64,000 bases of DNA from contig JAKPFN010000014.1 of assembly GCA_029551395.1 (NCBI GenBank), positions 319 to 64,318 of the forward strand, in the 5' to 3' direction. The stretch comes from Armatimonadota bacterium. Its GTDB lineage: Bacteria > Armatimonadota > UBA5829 > DTLH01. The first letter of the stretch is position 1. Each line of letters opens with the position of its first letter. The notes beneath the pieces are model-generated. The model had not been told where the DNA came from. It did no database searches and worked only from the letters and a program-made list of their open reading frames with translations. The position numbers were made by a program, and so were the translations under genes. Shown here in pieces: positions 26,144-36,191 of this stretch.

Positions 26144-28246
26144 TCACGCTGAATAGAATCCACTCAGATAATGTTTACAGATGAACTGCTCTACACGCCA
26201 GGTAGACTTGCCATTTTCTGTAAACTCATAAACGCCATTAGCCCGAGTCATAAAGCCGAGTTCCACCATGTAGCGCCTTGTTGCGCAGTAATCAGAACAG
26301 ACCTGGGCAATACCCTCAGTAACATCGCGCTCGCTGTAATTTTTCATCTCAGACAGGCCAAAACGCATCACTGCATCAGGCGATATATTCGCTACCGGAT
26401 TTACCTTCCGGCGCTTCTCAGCCAGTCTCATATCAACATCCGATAGCTTAGGCTCTCTGCGTCGAATTCCTCCGAAAACCGCTTTAGCTGCAATTTTCTG
26501 CAGCTTTGCATCACCATTTCGCATCAATTCCTGCAGTGCGACCTGCGAGCTTACCGTTCCCATCTCACCAAGCGCTGCTGTCGCTGCTTCGCGGACTTGC
26601 CTTTCCTTACTGTTTGTCATCTCGATTAAAAGATGCTCAGCCTGCCCTATTTGCAACCTGCCAAGTGCTGTTATAGCTACAGCCTTTTCCTGCCCTTTGC
26701 TGTTTTGTACAAGGTTTATCAACTCTTCAGCAGATGCAATATCGCCAATCTCCGATAGCGCGAAGACCGCCGCAACCCTGACTGCAGTCTCAGTATCCGA
26801 AAGAAAACCTCTTATAAGGCCCGAGTAATCACCTGCTTGCAGATGTCCCAGTACTCTAACAGCCTGGCTGCGAAGCTCTAAAGGTCCATGTTCCGCAATA
26901 GATGCAGCCTCCTTCGCTAAATCATCTAACAGCCCGCCGCCGATGTCTTCCACACGAAGCGGAGACCACTTTTCACGAGTACGCAGGTCGTTCAGAAACT
27001 GCTCCCGGCTGACTTCATACATTGTTCCTGGACAAAGCGACCTTGCTATATACTCAAGCCCCAGCAGACCGGCAGCCTGTTGCTTCACATCGTTGCTTTT
27101 CAGCATCTTCAGCAACTCATCACCAAAACGCGCTCCAGTTCTGACCAATGCCTGCAGAACCCATGAAGACTGGCTCTCCTTACTACCGTATGTTGCAATA
27201 AAACGCTCCTTCAGAATAGGAAACGCTGCATCAGCATAACACATCAATGTATTCACAAAGAGTACTGCAGGGCAGGAGTGTCTACAAGCCTGAATCATAT
27301 CCAGCAGTATTCCGGCCTTTGCCTGTTCATCCGCAGAATGCATGACGAGCCTGTCCAGAAGCATGTAAGCATCTCGTGACGCCATATTCGACATACCATC
27401 TCTAGGATCAACAATCCCGCACCTGGAAGCATACTGCACCAGGATATCCCGAGCACGCGATGCCCTTGGCTCCTGTCCAGAAAAACAGCAGTCCAGCACA
27501 ATATCTATTGCTTCACTTCCAAGGTGAGGCAGCAGAATGGCAAGATTTCCGATTGCATCTTCTGCTGTTACCATCAACTCTATCAAACGCTCTGGAGACT
27601 TTCTGAGGACTATACTTAACCTCTCCGGCGCATTTGGTTCATCGTTGAACATACGCAAAAGAACTGCAATCTCAGCTTGTACTACTTCTTTGAACCTGTC
27701 ATCCGGGATGGCAGGGATTTCTTGATGTTCGGTCATTTGCTCCATTACCTCTTTCAGTGCTTGACGCGCACGATGCAGGCGGCTCATAACCGTACCCTTG
27801 GATATCTCAAGGAACCTGGAAATCTCGTCATAGGACAACTCTTCATAATAATGCAGGACCAGGACAAGGCGGTGGGACGCTGACAGCGATGCAAGACCAT
27901 AGGACATCCGGGCATAAATAGACCGGTCTTCCATATCATCTTCAGCCGCAGCAATCTGTTCTTCTTCCAGCTCAACAAACTGATGGCTGTTGCGTCGGTA
28001 CCACATCCTGCAGACGTTGAGTGTCAGAGCCTTCAACCAGCCTGCGAACCTCTCCGGGTTGCGAAGCTGCCCCAGCTTCAGGTAGGCTTCCACAAATGAG
28101 TCATGCGCTAACTCCTCAGCATCCGGCACATTGCCGGCCATATTGAGGCATACACGATAAACCATTGTGTAGTACCGGTCCATAAGCAGGCTGAACGCCT
28201 CTTTGTCTCCCTCCAACACTGCTGAAATTAATTTACTATCGTCCAC
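26144..28246 (-). CDS. ECF sigma factor with long C-terminal extension (HEAT repeats, DUF2087-like tail)
   Basis: Sigma region 2 (DAEELAHDSFVEAYLKL.QLR.PERFAGWL) and region 4 (GTVMSRLHRAR), VR..A..ALG repeats, and YSERDV...DYCATRRYMVELGFMTRANGVY. Likely GTG start at 28246 after AGGAG. Confidence 0.8.
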   Translation of the reverse strand: MDDSKLISAVLEGDKEAFSLLMDRYYTMVYRVCLNMAGNVPDAEELAHDSFVEAYLKLGQLRNPERFAGWLKALTLNVCRMWYRRNSHQFVELEEEQIAAAEDDMEDRSIYARMSYGLASLSASHRLVLVLHYYEELSYDEISRFLEISKGTVMSRLHRARQALKEVMEQMTEHQEIPAIPDDRFKEVVQAEIAVLLRMFNDEPNAPERLSIVLRKSPERLIELMVTAEDAIGNLAILLPHLGSEAIDIVLDCCFSGQEPRASRARDILVQYASRCGIVDPRDGMSNMASRDAYMLLDRLVMHSADEQAKAGILLDMIQACRHSCPAVLFVNTLMCYADAAFPILKERFIATYGSKESQSSWVLQALVRTGARFGDELLKMLKSNDVKQQAAGLLGLEYIARSLCPGTMYEVSREQFLNDLRTREKWSPLRVEDIGGGLLDDLAKEAASIAEHGPLELRSQAVRVLGHLQAGDYSGLIRGFLSDTETAVRVAAVFALSEIGDIASAEELINLVQNSKGQEKAVAITALGRLQIGQAEHLLIEMTNSKERQVREAATAALGEMGTVSSQVALQELMRNGDAKLQKIAAKAVFGGIRRREPKLSDVDMRLAEKRRKVNPVANISPDAVMRFGLSEMKNYSERDVTEGIAQVCSDYCATRRYMVELGFMTRANGVYEFTENGKSTWRVEQFICKHYLSGFYSA

Positions 28247-28537
28247 CTTATCTGCTCCTGCACAATGTTGCATTGAGCACCACTGCATTTTTGCGCTTCC
28301 AAATAGAGGATGCAGCAACTTGCCAAATATTCCATTCATCGGGGAAATTTGTTCTTTATCAGAAAAAAACTCCGCTGTCTTGAATCACTACCCATTGTAT
28401 CCTATGTCGTCCAGCTATTACAGCATCCTGGCTTATTCTGTGTGTTGTCATGCTCTACAGTGGGTATGTTAACTGTAAAGCCTGCAAAATTAAATCAACG
28501 CAGCTTCCGAAAAATGATTGTGCATCAGGAGGTCAAT

Positions 28538-29689
28538 ATGATTCGCGCAGCGATATTTCCAAATAAATACATCCAGGGCCGCAATGCTATCAGAGAAATA
28601 GCAAATTTCATTGAACCAATCGGCGAGTCTGCCGTTTTACTTGTGGACAGAAACGTCCGCAGCTTCATCGAACCTGCAATAATGGATTCTGCCCAAACAA
28701 AAGGCATTAATATCCAGTCCATTGAGTTTGGCGGAGAATGTACATGGGATGAGGTAAACCGAATAGCCGATGTAGCCAGGTCCGTTGATGCACAGATGAT
28801 TATAGGCGCAGGTGGAGGTAAGACTCTCGATACAGCAAAGGCTGCAGCAATAAAATCTGACCGAAGAATGATAGTCCTGCCTACTACAGCTTCCACTGAC
28901 GCTCCAACAAGCGCTCTTTCAGTCATTTATACGGCTCAGGGAGAATTTCAGGAGTATTTCTTCCTGCCAAGAAACCCGGATGTAGTACTTGTAGACACTC
29001 AAATCGTCGCCAATGCACCTGCAAGGTTTCTGTCAGCAGGTATGGGAGATGCTCTTGCCACCTGGTTTGAGGCAGACACTGCTTCCAGGGCTGGTGCTAA
29101 GAACATGGCCGGAGGTTTTACTACCAGTACCGGGCTGACACTGGCTCGACTGTGCTTCGACACATTGATTGAATACGGCCCTTCAGCACTGAAGGCTGCG
29201 GAACAACATGCAATAACTCCAGCACTCGAAAGGGTTGTTGAAGCAAATACGCTGCTTTCAGGTCTTGGCTTTGAAAGCGGTGGACTGGCAGCAGCCCACT
29301 CGATCCACAACGGATTGACGGAACTCAAGCAGACGCATGACTACCTGCACGGCGAAAAGGTCGCATTTGGAACACTGACTCAGCTTATTCTGGAGGACAG
29401 AAGCCAGGATGAGATAATGACAGTGCTCGCTTTCATGACCGCAGTCAGCCTTCCTGCCTGTTTTGAAGGGATAGGTCTGAAAAACGTCTCAAGAGACGAC
29501 CTCCGACGCGCAGCCGAAGCAGCAACTGCAGAAGGTGAAACAATCCACAACTTGCCGTTTGAAGTTAGCGTAGATGATGTGGTAGACGCAATGATTGCCG
29601 CTGATTCGCTTGGAAGGACCATTCCCGGAGCCTGCGGTTGGCAGGAACGCGAAGAGGAATTGGAAAAAGAACCTGCACCAGCGATGTAA
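28538..29689 (+). CDS. gldA: Glycerol dehydrogenase
   Basis: P.KYIQG, GGGKTLDTAK, PT.ASTDAPTSALSVIY, GFESGGLAAAHSIHNG, HGEKVAFG. ATG 28538 after AGGAGG. Confidence 0.93.
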   Translation: MIRAAIFPNKYIQGRNAIREIANFIEPIGESAVLLVDRNVRSFIEPAIMDSAQTKGINIQSIEFGGECTWDEVNRIADVARSVDAQMIIGAGGGKTLDTAKAAAIKSDRRMIVLPTTASTDAPTSALSVIYTAQGEFQEYFFLPRNPDVVLVDTQIVANAPARFLSAGMGDALATWFEADTASRAGAKNMAGGFTTSTGLTLARLCFDTLIEYGPSALKAAEQHAITPALERVVEANTLLSGLGFESGGLAAAHSIHNGLTELKQTHDYLHGEKVAFGTLTQLILEDRSQDEIMTVLAFMTAVSLPACFEGIGLKNVSRDDLRRAAEAATAEGETIHNLPFEVSVDDVVDAMIAADSLGRTIPGACGWQEREEELEKEPAPAM

Positions 29690-29714
29690 AACAGCATCAC
29701 AAGTGTCGATGTTT

Positions 29715-29741
29715 AGGGGACGGCTTATTGAACCGTCCCCT
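29715..29741. terminator. Stem-loop between convergent genes
   Basis: AGGGGACGG-cttattgaa-CCGTCCCCT. Confidence 0.6.
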
Positions 29742-29778
29742 GGATTTATCATATAACGAAGTTCTGAAAACCCTTCAG

Positions 29779-32595
29779 CTACTTCACAACCTTCACTTTT
29801 ATGACAACCTGATCGCTTGTCCTCAGCCCATCGATAACAAAGAACCTGTACTCTATCTCCTTTGGTTCATTCGGAGCTGTAGCTTTCAGTATTGGGTCTT
29901 TAGAGAGATCAGCTCTCAGCCAATGTCCATTCTCAGACCATCTGTATATCAGTGGCTGGCCTTCAGGATCGTAGCTCTTTGATCCGTCGATAACATACTC
30001 TTCGCCGCACTTCACTACAATCTCTTCTGGAGCAATAGCCACCGGTTTCAAGTTCTTCTCCTTGATGGCATCCGGGATAACAGGCTTCACTACAGGCGTG
30101 ATGCCTGTCGATGGCTGCAGACTTGTCCGCTTGGTGAATATACCACGAATCCTCTCACCTCTGAAGAATGCTTCGTTCATCTCAGTAAGCGGCAGCCAGT
30201 GGAATTCAGCCTGGTCTCCGCTGACAATCTTCAGAAGGATCAGCCCTTCAACGCTCCAAACATTCGGAGTGAAGGCAGTGTCAGTCTTTGCGGTTCCATA
30301 GGGGTTCCAGACTCCAATCGCACCATCTACGTCATCTGTGTCCGGCGAGTCCCAGGTCGAGTCAGTCTCTCTGGGAATGATAAACCGTCCGTCCTTGTCG
30401 GTATTGCCCATGAACTTCGGTCTATCGGCAAAATATTTGGTCCCAGCATCCTGTGCGCCGGTCTGTGACACATGGTATACATAAACAGCCGCGCCTGAAA
30501 GCGGCTCATCGTTAACATCATATATCTGCAGAACATGCCCAAGGCTTGGAATCAACCTGCCTTGAGTTCCCCAGAACTTCTCTCCCCGATACCCGGCAAA
30601 ATACTGCACTTGACCTGCATGTGCCGGATGCAGCCACATGTGGCAGTAGTCCATAAGCGGGGTATATCCGCCGCCGCAGGGAATAGTCTGCGCTGAAGAG
30701 CACATTACGCTGCCATGCGACACATCCGGTAGAAGCTCTCCACCCGCATAATACTCACCATTCTCATCTTTCAGAAAGATGTTGTCTACCTTTACCGGAT
30801 AGCCATACAGGTCTGGCAGTGCTATGCAGCAGTGACCAAACTCATGAACCAGCCCAGATGATATAACCAATTGATTCCCTGACTTGTTGTCGGCAACAGG
30901 GAAACCTCCGTCATAAAGGTGTGCTTCAAGGTCGTAAGGCTCCTTACTGAGGTCATCCGACGAAAGCGCATAGAACGCATCGGTGCGGATGGCATCTTTA
31001 ACACCAACAGGGCTTGTAGTCGGGTAGACTGCTTCCTGAAGCATCAAAGTGACTCTGTGAGCCTGTGCGTTGAACCAGTCATAGTAGCTGAACGAACCGA
31101 CCATATTGATTTTCTTAGCATCATAGTCGTCATCCAGTACGCATTGCTTATACCCCCAGCGCATAGCACGGGCAGTATTCAACTCGCAGCGTTCGTTGTT
31201 GGCTTCACAGATTTCCCCTATCTTCTTATCAGGGTCTACTGTTACTTTAATCCATACCGGATCATTGGGCCAGGTATAGTTGAAAGTCAATTTGATCTCT
31301 TCCCGCGGCTTCATTGACTTCTCAATGACCTGCTCTTGAGTCTCGACTGGTTTCTCATCCTTATCCAGCCGGAAATTACCGTTTTTATCAGGAATAAGCT
31401 GGAACCGGACTACTGCACCTGCAGGAACGTCTCTATAGCCAAAGTTGGCAATATGCGCCACAGCCTGCACCCGCTCTCCTGGAGCCGGCCACCATTTAGG
31501 ACCATTAGATGAGTAACGAGGAAGCCGCGAAACACAATACAAGTCCAAATCAGGCTGTTCAGGAGAGATAACTTCAATGTTATAGGCGTCTTTCATCCCT
31601 CTGAACTCGGCAGTGAGCTTGCACTTGCCGACTGACTTGCCAGTTACAATACCGTCTTTGTCTACGGTGGCAACTTTCTCATCAGATGTGGACCACTTGA
31701 TAAACGGTTTTGCGTCAAAATCAGACCAGTTGCCATATCCCGCGATATTCTCAGTGATGCGAACCATCTGTCCATCCAGCTTAGCCCGCATGCCAAACTG
31801 CTTGGGACATCCGTTGACGACTCTCTTGTCAGACGGCACATCACACGCATCAGGATCTATCTTTATGGCAGTAAACGGAGCTGTCGCGAAATAATCCCGG
31901 TAAACAACGCTTATCATATCACGAGACAGCTCAGTTTTAGCCTCTTTGCGGATGATAAGTTCGTCCATAGCCGCATCTGAGGTCTCATCGCCGATGTAAA
32001 GCCGCTTATCATCCATCTTCTGAACATCAAAAAACTGGTTGCCGCTTGCAATCGGGCCATCGACAGCAACCTTATCGATCCAAAGCGGCATACCAAGCGG
32101 CTTATTATCTTTACTGAACCACACGATAGCGATATGGTGCCACTGTCCGGCCTTCCAGTCAGAAACATCAGCACGGGATGATGTAACTTTCTTTGGAGAG
32201 GCCATAACATACCGGAGGAATCCCTTTTCAGACTTCTCCACAAGCAGTCCGTTCTTATTCATATCACCAACACGGAGGATAACATGCCTCTTACCATCAT
32301 TCCCATTCCAGTTGGGCTTTATCCAAAAACTGATGTAACCAGATTCCTGCGAAAGATTGACTCCTTCGATGGCTGCAGGTCTTGAAAGCAAGACTCCTTT
32401 TCCCGCAGTGCCTGGAACTTCAGGAAGTCCGGCTGCAGGACTGCTCATTCTAGCGCTATTATCAAAAGCAGCATCACTGAACCAACTAAGCAAGGTTTCT
32501 GCCGACTCCAAATCTGCACAAAACAGCGGAGCAGCAGCCAACAACCCGAGCAGTACAAATAATACAATTAACCTCAAAATGCGGCTCCTTTCCAT
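29779..32595 (-). CDS. Large secreted multidomain protein (LamG, Big_2, CARDB, HEXXH metallopeptidase-like, PKD), paralog 1
   Basis: Signal peptide, ISFWIKP..GQWHHIAIVW, WSTSDEKVATVD, VTVDP..I.E..E.NN, HEFGHCCIALPDLY, DGSKSYDPEG. Confidence 0.75.
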   Translation of the reverse strand: MERSRILRLIVLFVLLGLLAAAPLFCADLESAETLLSWFSDAAFDNSARMSSPAAGLPEVPGTAGKGVLLSRPAAIEGVNLSQESGYISFWIKPNWNGNDGKRHVILRVGDMNKNGLLVEKSEKGFLRYVMASPKKVTSSRADVSDWKAGQWHHIAIVWFSKDNKPLGMPLWIDKVAVDGPIASGNQFFDVQKMDDKRLYIGDETSDAAMDELIIRKEAKTELSRDMISVVYRDYFATAPFTAIKIDPDACDVPSDKRVVNGCPKQFGMRAKLDGQMVRITENIAGYGNWSDFDAKPFIKWSTSDEKVATVDKDGIVTGKSVGKCKLTAEFRGMKDAYNIEVISPEQPDLDLYCVSRLPRYSSNGPKWWPAPGERVQAVAHIANFGYRDVPAGAVVRFQLIPDKNGNFRLDKDEKPVETQEQVIEKSMKPREEIKLTFNYTWPNDPVWIKVTVDPDKKIGEICEANNERCELNTARAMRWGYKQCVLDDDYDAKKINMVGSFSYYDWFNAQAHRVTLMLQEAVYPTTSPVGVKDAIRTDAFYALSSDDLSKEPYDLEAHLYDGGFPVADNKSGNQLVISSGLVHEFGHCCIALPDLYGYPVKVDNIFLKDENGEYYAGGELLPDVSHGSVMCSSAQTIPCGGGYTPLMDYCHMWLHPAHAGQVQYFAGYRGEKFWGTQGRLIPSLGHVLQIYDVNDEPLSGAAVYVYHVSQTGAQDAGTKYFADRPKFMGNTDKDGRFIIPRETDSTWDSPDTDDVDGAIGVWNPYGTAKTDTAFTPNVWSVEGLILLKIVSGDQAEFHWLPLTEMNEAFFRGERIRGIFTKRTSLQPSTGITPVVKPVIPDAIKEKNLKPVAIAPEEIVVKCGEEYVIDGSKSYDPEGQPLIYRWSENGHWLRADLSKDPILKATAPNEPKEIEYRFFVIDGLRTSDQVVIKVKVVK

Positions 32596-32686
32596 TATGA
32601 ATCACTAAAACAAAGGAATGGGATTAGGGGTTTTGACGAACAGCCTTGCCCTGAGATAGAGAGCAGGATTTAACACCTGACCAATT

Positions 32687-33268
32687 CTACTCCTCAATGG
32701 AAAACAGGAATGTACAAGGCAGTTTACCGCTGCTTGCCAGCGCTGAAGTTCTGACTGTGCAAGACACCTTACGCCCCAGCGCGTTTTGGAGATGATGCTT
32801 CACATGTCCGCCGCAGCAGTAGCAGTAAGTAATTGACACACTCTCTTTAGCTTTTGGCAAACAGACACACCTGTAATGCTCCAGCCCTTCAGGTGCAAAG
32901 CTCACAAGCACTTTTCCATCATCCTGCATTGTCACGCTGTGCCCGAAAACAAATCTGGCTTCATTTGCAGCCATTATTCTGTCTTCCAGGCTTTCGTGAG
33001 TCTTAGCTATTCCCTTGCTGATCTCTTCTCTTTTTCCTCCAAGACAACAAGCACAGGCTTCGCGGATCGAATACCGGGTTTTAGGTTCGATCAGCGCATC
33101 CATCCGGCTCATTGCACATCTCAGCCAATCGGCCTTCTTCTCTGGAGAAGTGTTTCTTCTAATCAACTCACCACCTGCCATAATCTCATCCATTACTTCC
33201 CGAGAAACCCCAGCCTGCTCAAGCTTAGCTGCCAGAACCTTTATCCGGCCATACTCGTAATCAGCCAT
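32687..33268 (-). CDS. Cysteine-rich DUF6144-like protein
   Basis: KADWL..AM.RMD, EACACC, RCVC, SITYCYCCGGH..., SALASSG..PCTF. Confidence 0.6.
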   Translation of the reverse strand: MADYEYGRIKVLAAKLEQAGVSREVMDEIMAGGELIRRNTSPEKKADWLRCAMSRMDALIEPKTRYSIREACACCLGGKREEISKGIAKTHESLEDRIMAANEARFVFGHSVTMQDDGKVLVSFAPEGLEHYRCVCLPKAKESVSITYCYCCGGHVKHHLQNALGRKVSCTVRTSALASSGKLPCTFLFSIEE

Positions 33269-33317
33269 TTACCTCATCCCTTTAAAAAGCATTGTTATCG
33301 CAGCTTGCAATGAAAAA

Positions 33318-33347
33318 TCAGCCTCCGAAAGCAAATCCGGAGGCTGA
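33318..33347 (-). terminator. Intrinsic terminator after paralog 2
   Basis: TCAGCCTCCG...CGGAGGCTGA followed by TTTT on the minus strand. Confidence 0.65.
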
Positions 33348-33366
33348 CAGTTTTATCGCATAACAA

Positions 33367-36177
33367 TTACTCTACTACATTTACCTTGATGCTTACCGGC
33401 TCGCTCACGCGCAGGCCATCGATTACATACAGCCTGTACCTAACCTCTCCCGGCTTGCCAGGAGCCTTGATAGTGCAGGTGGAATCCGTAGATAGATCAG
33501 GCTTCAGCCATCCTGCCTGCTCTCCCCATCTGTAGGTAAGAGGCTGGCCTTCCGGATCGTAGCTCTTTGACCCATCAAGCGTGAACTCCTCGTTGCACTT
33601 CACTGTCAGTTCCTGCGGGGTTACAACAGCAACCGGCTTCAGATTGGTCTTCCTGATCGATTCAGGAATCTCAGGCCTTACAACCCGCGTTATACCGTTT
33701 GATGGTTGCAAGCTGGTCCTTATGTGGTAGACTCCCCTGTTCTTGTTGCCTTTAAAGAATTGCTCATTGAACTCCGTAAGAGACATCCAGTAGAACTCAG
33801 TCTGATTACCGCTCACAATCTTAATGAGCAACAGCCCTTCCACGGTCCAGACATTGGGGGTGAACGCAGTGTCCGTCTTCACCCGGCCAAACGGGTTCCA
33901 GACGCTGATTGAACCATCTACCTCGTCCGTATCAGGATCATCCCATGACCGATCCGTTTCATTTGGGAACCGCCAGCGGCCGTCTTTATCCGTATTGCCG
34001 ACGAACTTCGGCCTGTCCGGGAAATACTTAGTGCCCGCATCCTGGAGGGATGTGTTAATAACGTGATACACATATACCGCAGCACCGGAAAGAGGTTGAT
34101 CGTTGATGTCATAAATCTTCAACCAGTTCTCGAACGCAGGAATCAACCTGCCCTGAATTCCCCAAAACCTGTTGCCTCTGTAACCGGCAAAGTACTGAAT
34201 CTCTCCAGCATGTGCCGGATGCAGCCACATATGGCAGTGATTCATAAGCGAATCATAACTCACGCCACATGGCACGCCGTTAGCTGATGAGAGCGGCACG
34301 ATGTTGTCTCTATCTCGAATGAGCGGCATCAGTTCGCTGCCTGCATACGGTTTACCATTCTCATCCTTCAAGAGCACCGACCAGTAGTTCACCGGATAAC
34401 CGTAAAGGTCCGGCAGAGCCACACAGGTATGCCCGAACTCATGCAGGATTGCCGCATCTATCGCCATCAGGTCGATAGGCTCTCTGACAGGGAATCCTCC
34501 ATCATAGTAAGGACCTTCTTTTTCCCAAGGCTCATCTTCCCACCTGGTATCTCCAAGCTTCAGTGCATATGTTTTATCGTTCCGCAGTGTTTCCCGCACC
34601 CCATCAGGGCTTGTGGTAGGCAATACGGTCTGCCGCAGCAGTGCCTCGAACCTGTAGAGCTGACCATTGATCCAGTCATACTCGCTGAACGATCCTACAT
34701 GATTGATCTTCCGATTGTTGTAGAAATCCTCGAGTTGCGCCGGATCGTAACCCATGTGAAGCGCGCGGGCTATGTTCATCTCACAGCGCTCGTTGTTAGC
34801 TTCGCAAATCTCTGCAATCTTGTTTGCCGGGTCTACGGTCACGCGAACCCATATAGGATCATCAGACCATGTCCAGTCAAACTCTACAGATTCCTCTTCC
34901 CTGGGCTTCAACGCTTTGGAGATGACCTTGCGCTGGGTAGCGATGGGTGTTTCGCTTCTGTCCAGCCTTAAATTGTTGTTGGAGTCTGGAATCAGCTCAA
35001 AAACAACCTCAACTCCCGCCGGAGCAGTCTTGTAACCAAAGTTGATAATCCGCGCAACGAACCTGACCTTCTCACCAGGAGATGGTCTGTCCTTGTCATC
35101 GCCGTCCTTGTACTTAGGGAATCTCTCCACATACACCAGATCCAGGTCCGGCTGCTCGATTGGAATAACCTCAAGCTGATAGGTTGCCTTCATCCCTCTG
35201 AACTCGGCTGTTAAGGTGCATTTCCCGAGAGATTTACCTGTCACCCGTCCATTGGCATTCACGGTAGCAATCTTCGGGTCGGATGTAGTCCATTTGATAA
35301 ACGGCTTTGCATCGAATTCTGACCATTGGCCGTAACGAACGGCAAAATCGGTGACTCTGGTCATCACCCCGTTCATCTCAGCCATCAGACCATACTGCTT
35401 CTCGCATCCAATGACCACACGTGGATCCATTGGGCCATACATCGGTCTCAAGTCTATTGCAACCCTGGTATAAGGCGCAGAGCGGAAGAAATCCCGATAT
35501 ACCGTGGCAATCTGCCCATGAGGACCTTCAGTATCGAACCTGTCCCGCATGATCAGCTCATCGATCACACAGTCTGACGTAGCATCTCCGATAATTACCC
35601 GCTTATCTGCCATCTTGTCTGGATTCATGAACTCGCTTCCGCCAAAGATTGGACCAGCAACAGCCCATTTGTCTATCCAGAGCGGCAGTCCGAGCGGCTT
35701 ACCTCTTACTGACATCCATGCTATTGCAACATGGTGCCACTGTCCGGCTTTCCAGTTAGAGACATCAGCACGAGCAGCAGTAACTTTCGTCGGGCTAGCC
35801 ATCACATAGCGCAGCATGCCTTTGTCCGACTTCTCAACCAAAAGACCATTCGTAGCCGGGTCACCGATTGTAAGTATTCGGTGAGTCTTTCCATCATTTC
35901 CATTCCAGTTCGGCTTGATCCAGAACGTTATAAGCCCGTTGTCCTGCTTGAGAAGCGGATTTTCGATGGCTGCAGACCTACTGAGTACAACTCCTTTGCC
36001 TGCTGTGCCTGGAGCTTCAGGAAGTCCGGCAACAGGCTTCGCTGTGCGGACACTCTTCGGCACGGTTGAATCGGTAAACCAGGCTACAACCGCCTCAGTC
36101 GTGTCCTGCGCAGTCGCGAGAGATGGCGCAAGAAGCACTGCAGATACCAGTACTATAGACAACACTAATTTCAACAA
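33367..36177 (-). CDS. Large secreted multidomain metallopeptidase-like protein, paralog 2
   Basis: Same domain order as 29779-32595 with long identical blocks. Contains HEFGHTCVALPDLY. Confidence 0.75.
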   Translation of the reverse strand: MLKLVLSIVLVSAVLLAPSLATAQDTTEAVVAWFTDSTVPKSVRTAKPVAGLPEAPGTAGKGVVLSRSAAIENPLLKQDNGLITFWIKPNWNGNDGKTHRILTIGDPATNGLLVEKSDKGMLRYVMASPTKVTAARADVSNWKAGQWHHVAIAWMSVRGKPLGLPLWIDKWAVAGPIFGGSEFMNPDKMADKRVIIGDATSDCVIDELIMRDRFDTEGPHGQIATVYRDFFRSAPYTRVAIDLRPMYGPMDPRVVIGCEKQYGLMAEMNGVMTRVTDFAVRYGQWSEFDAKPFIKWTTSDPKIATVNANGRVTGKSLGKCTLTAEFRGMKATYQLEVIPIEQPDLDLVYVERFPKYKDGDDKDRPSPGEKVRFVARIINFGYKTAPAGVEVVFELIPDSNNNLRLDRSETPIATQRKVISKALKPREEESVEFDWTWSDDPIWVRVTVDPANKIAEICEANNERCEMNIARALHMGYDPAQLEDFYNNRKINHVGSFSEYDWINGQLYRFEALLRQTVLPTTSPDGVRETLRNDKTYALKLGDTRWEDEPWEKEGPYYDGGFPVREPIDLMAIDAAILHEFGHTCVALPDLYGYPVNYWSVLLKDENGKPYAGSELMPLIRDRDNIVPLSSANGVPCGVSYDSLMNHCHMWLHPAHAGEIQYFAGYRGNRFWGIQGRLIPAFENWLKIYDINDQPLSGAAVYVYHVINTSLQDAGTKYFPDRPKFVGNTDKDGRWRFPNETDRSWDDPDTDEVDGSISVWNPFGRVKTDTAFTPNVWTVEGLLLIKIVSGNQTEFYWMSLTEFNEQFFKGNKNRGVYHIRTSLQPSNGITRVVRPEIPESIRKTNLKPVAVVTPQELTVKCNEEFTLDGSKSYDPEGQPLTYRWGEQAGWLKPDLSTDSTCTIKAPGKPGEVRYRLYVIDGLRVSEPVSIKVNVVE

Positions 36178-36191
36178 CGCACAACTCCTTC

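Noticed and set aside
28310..28537. Long N-terminal extensions in the ORF track (gldA, BON, ugd, rnc, acpP, fabH, ferritin-like)
   Set aside because: Family homology begins at downstream starts, most of which have a good SD. The starts were reassigned.
29779..36177. DGR-like template/variable repeat between the two paralogs
   Set aside because: Differences are spread over the full length, look largely synonymous rather than adenine-specific, and no reverse transcriptase is present.
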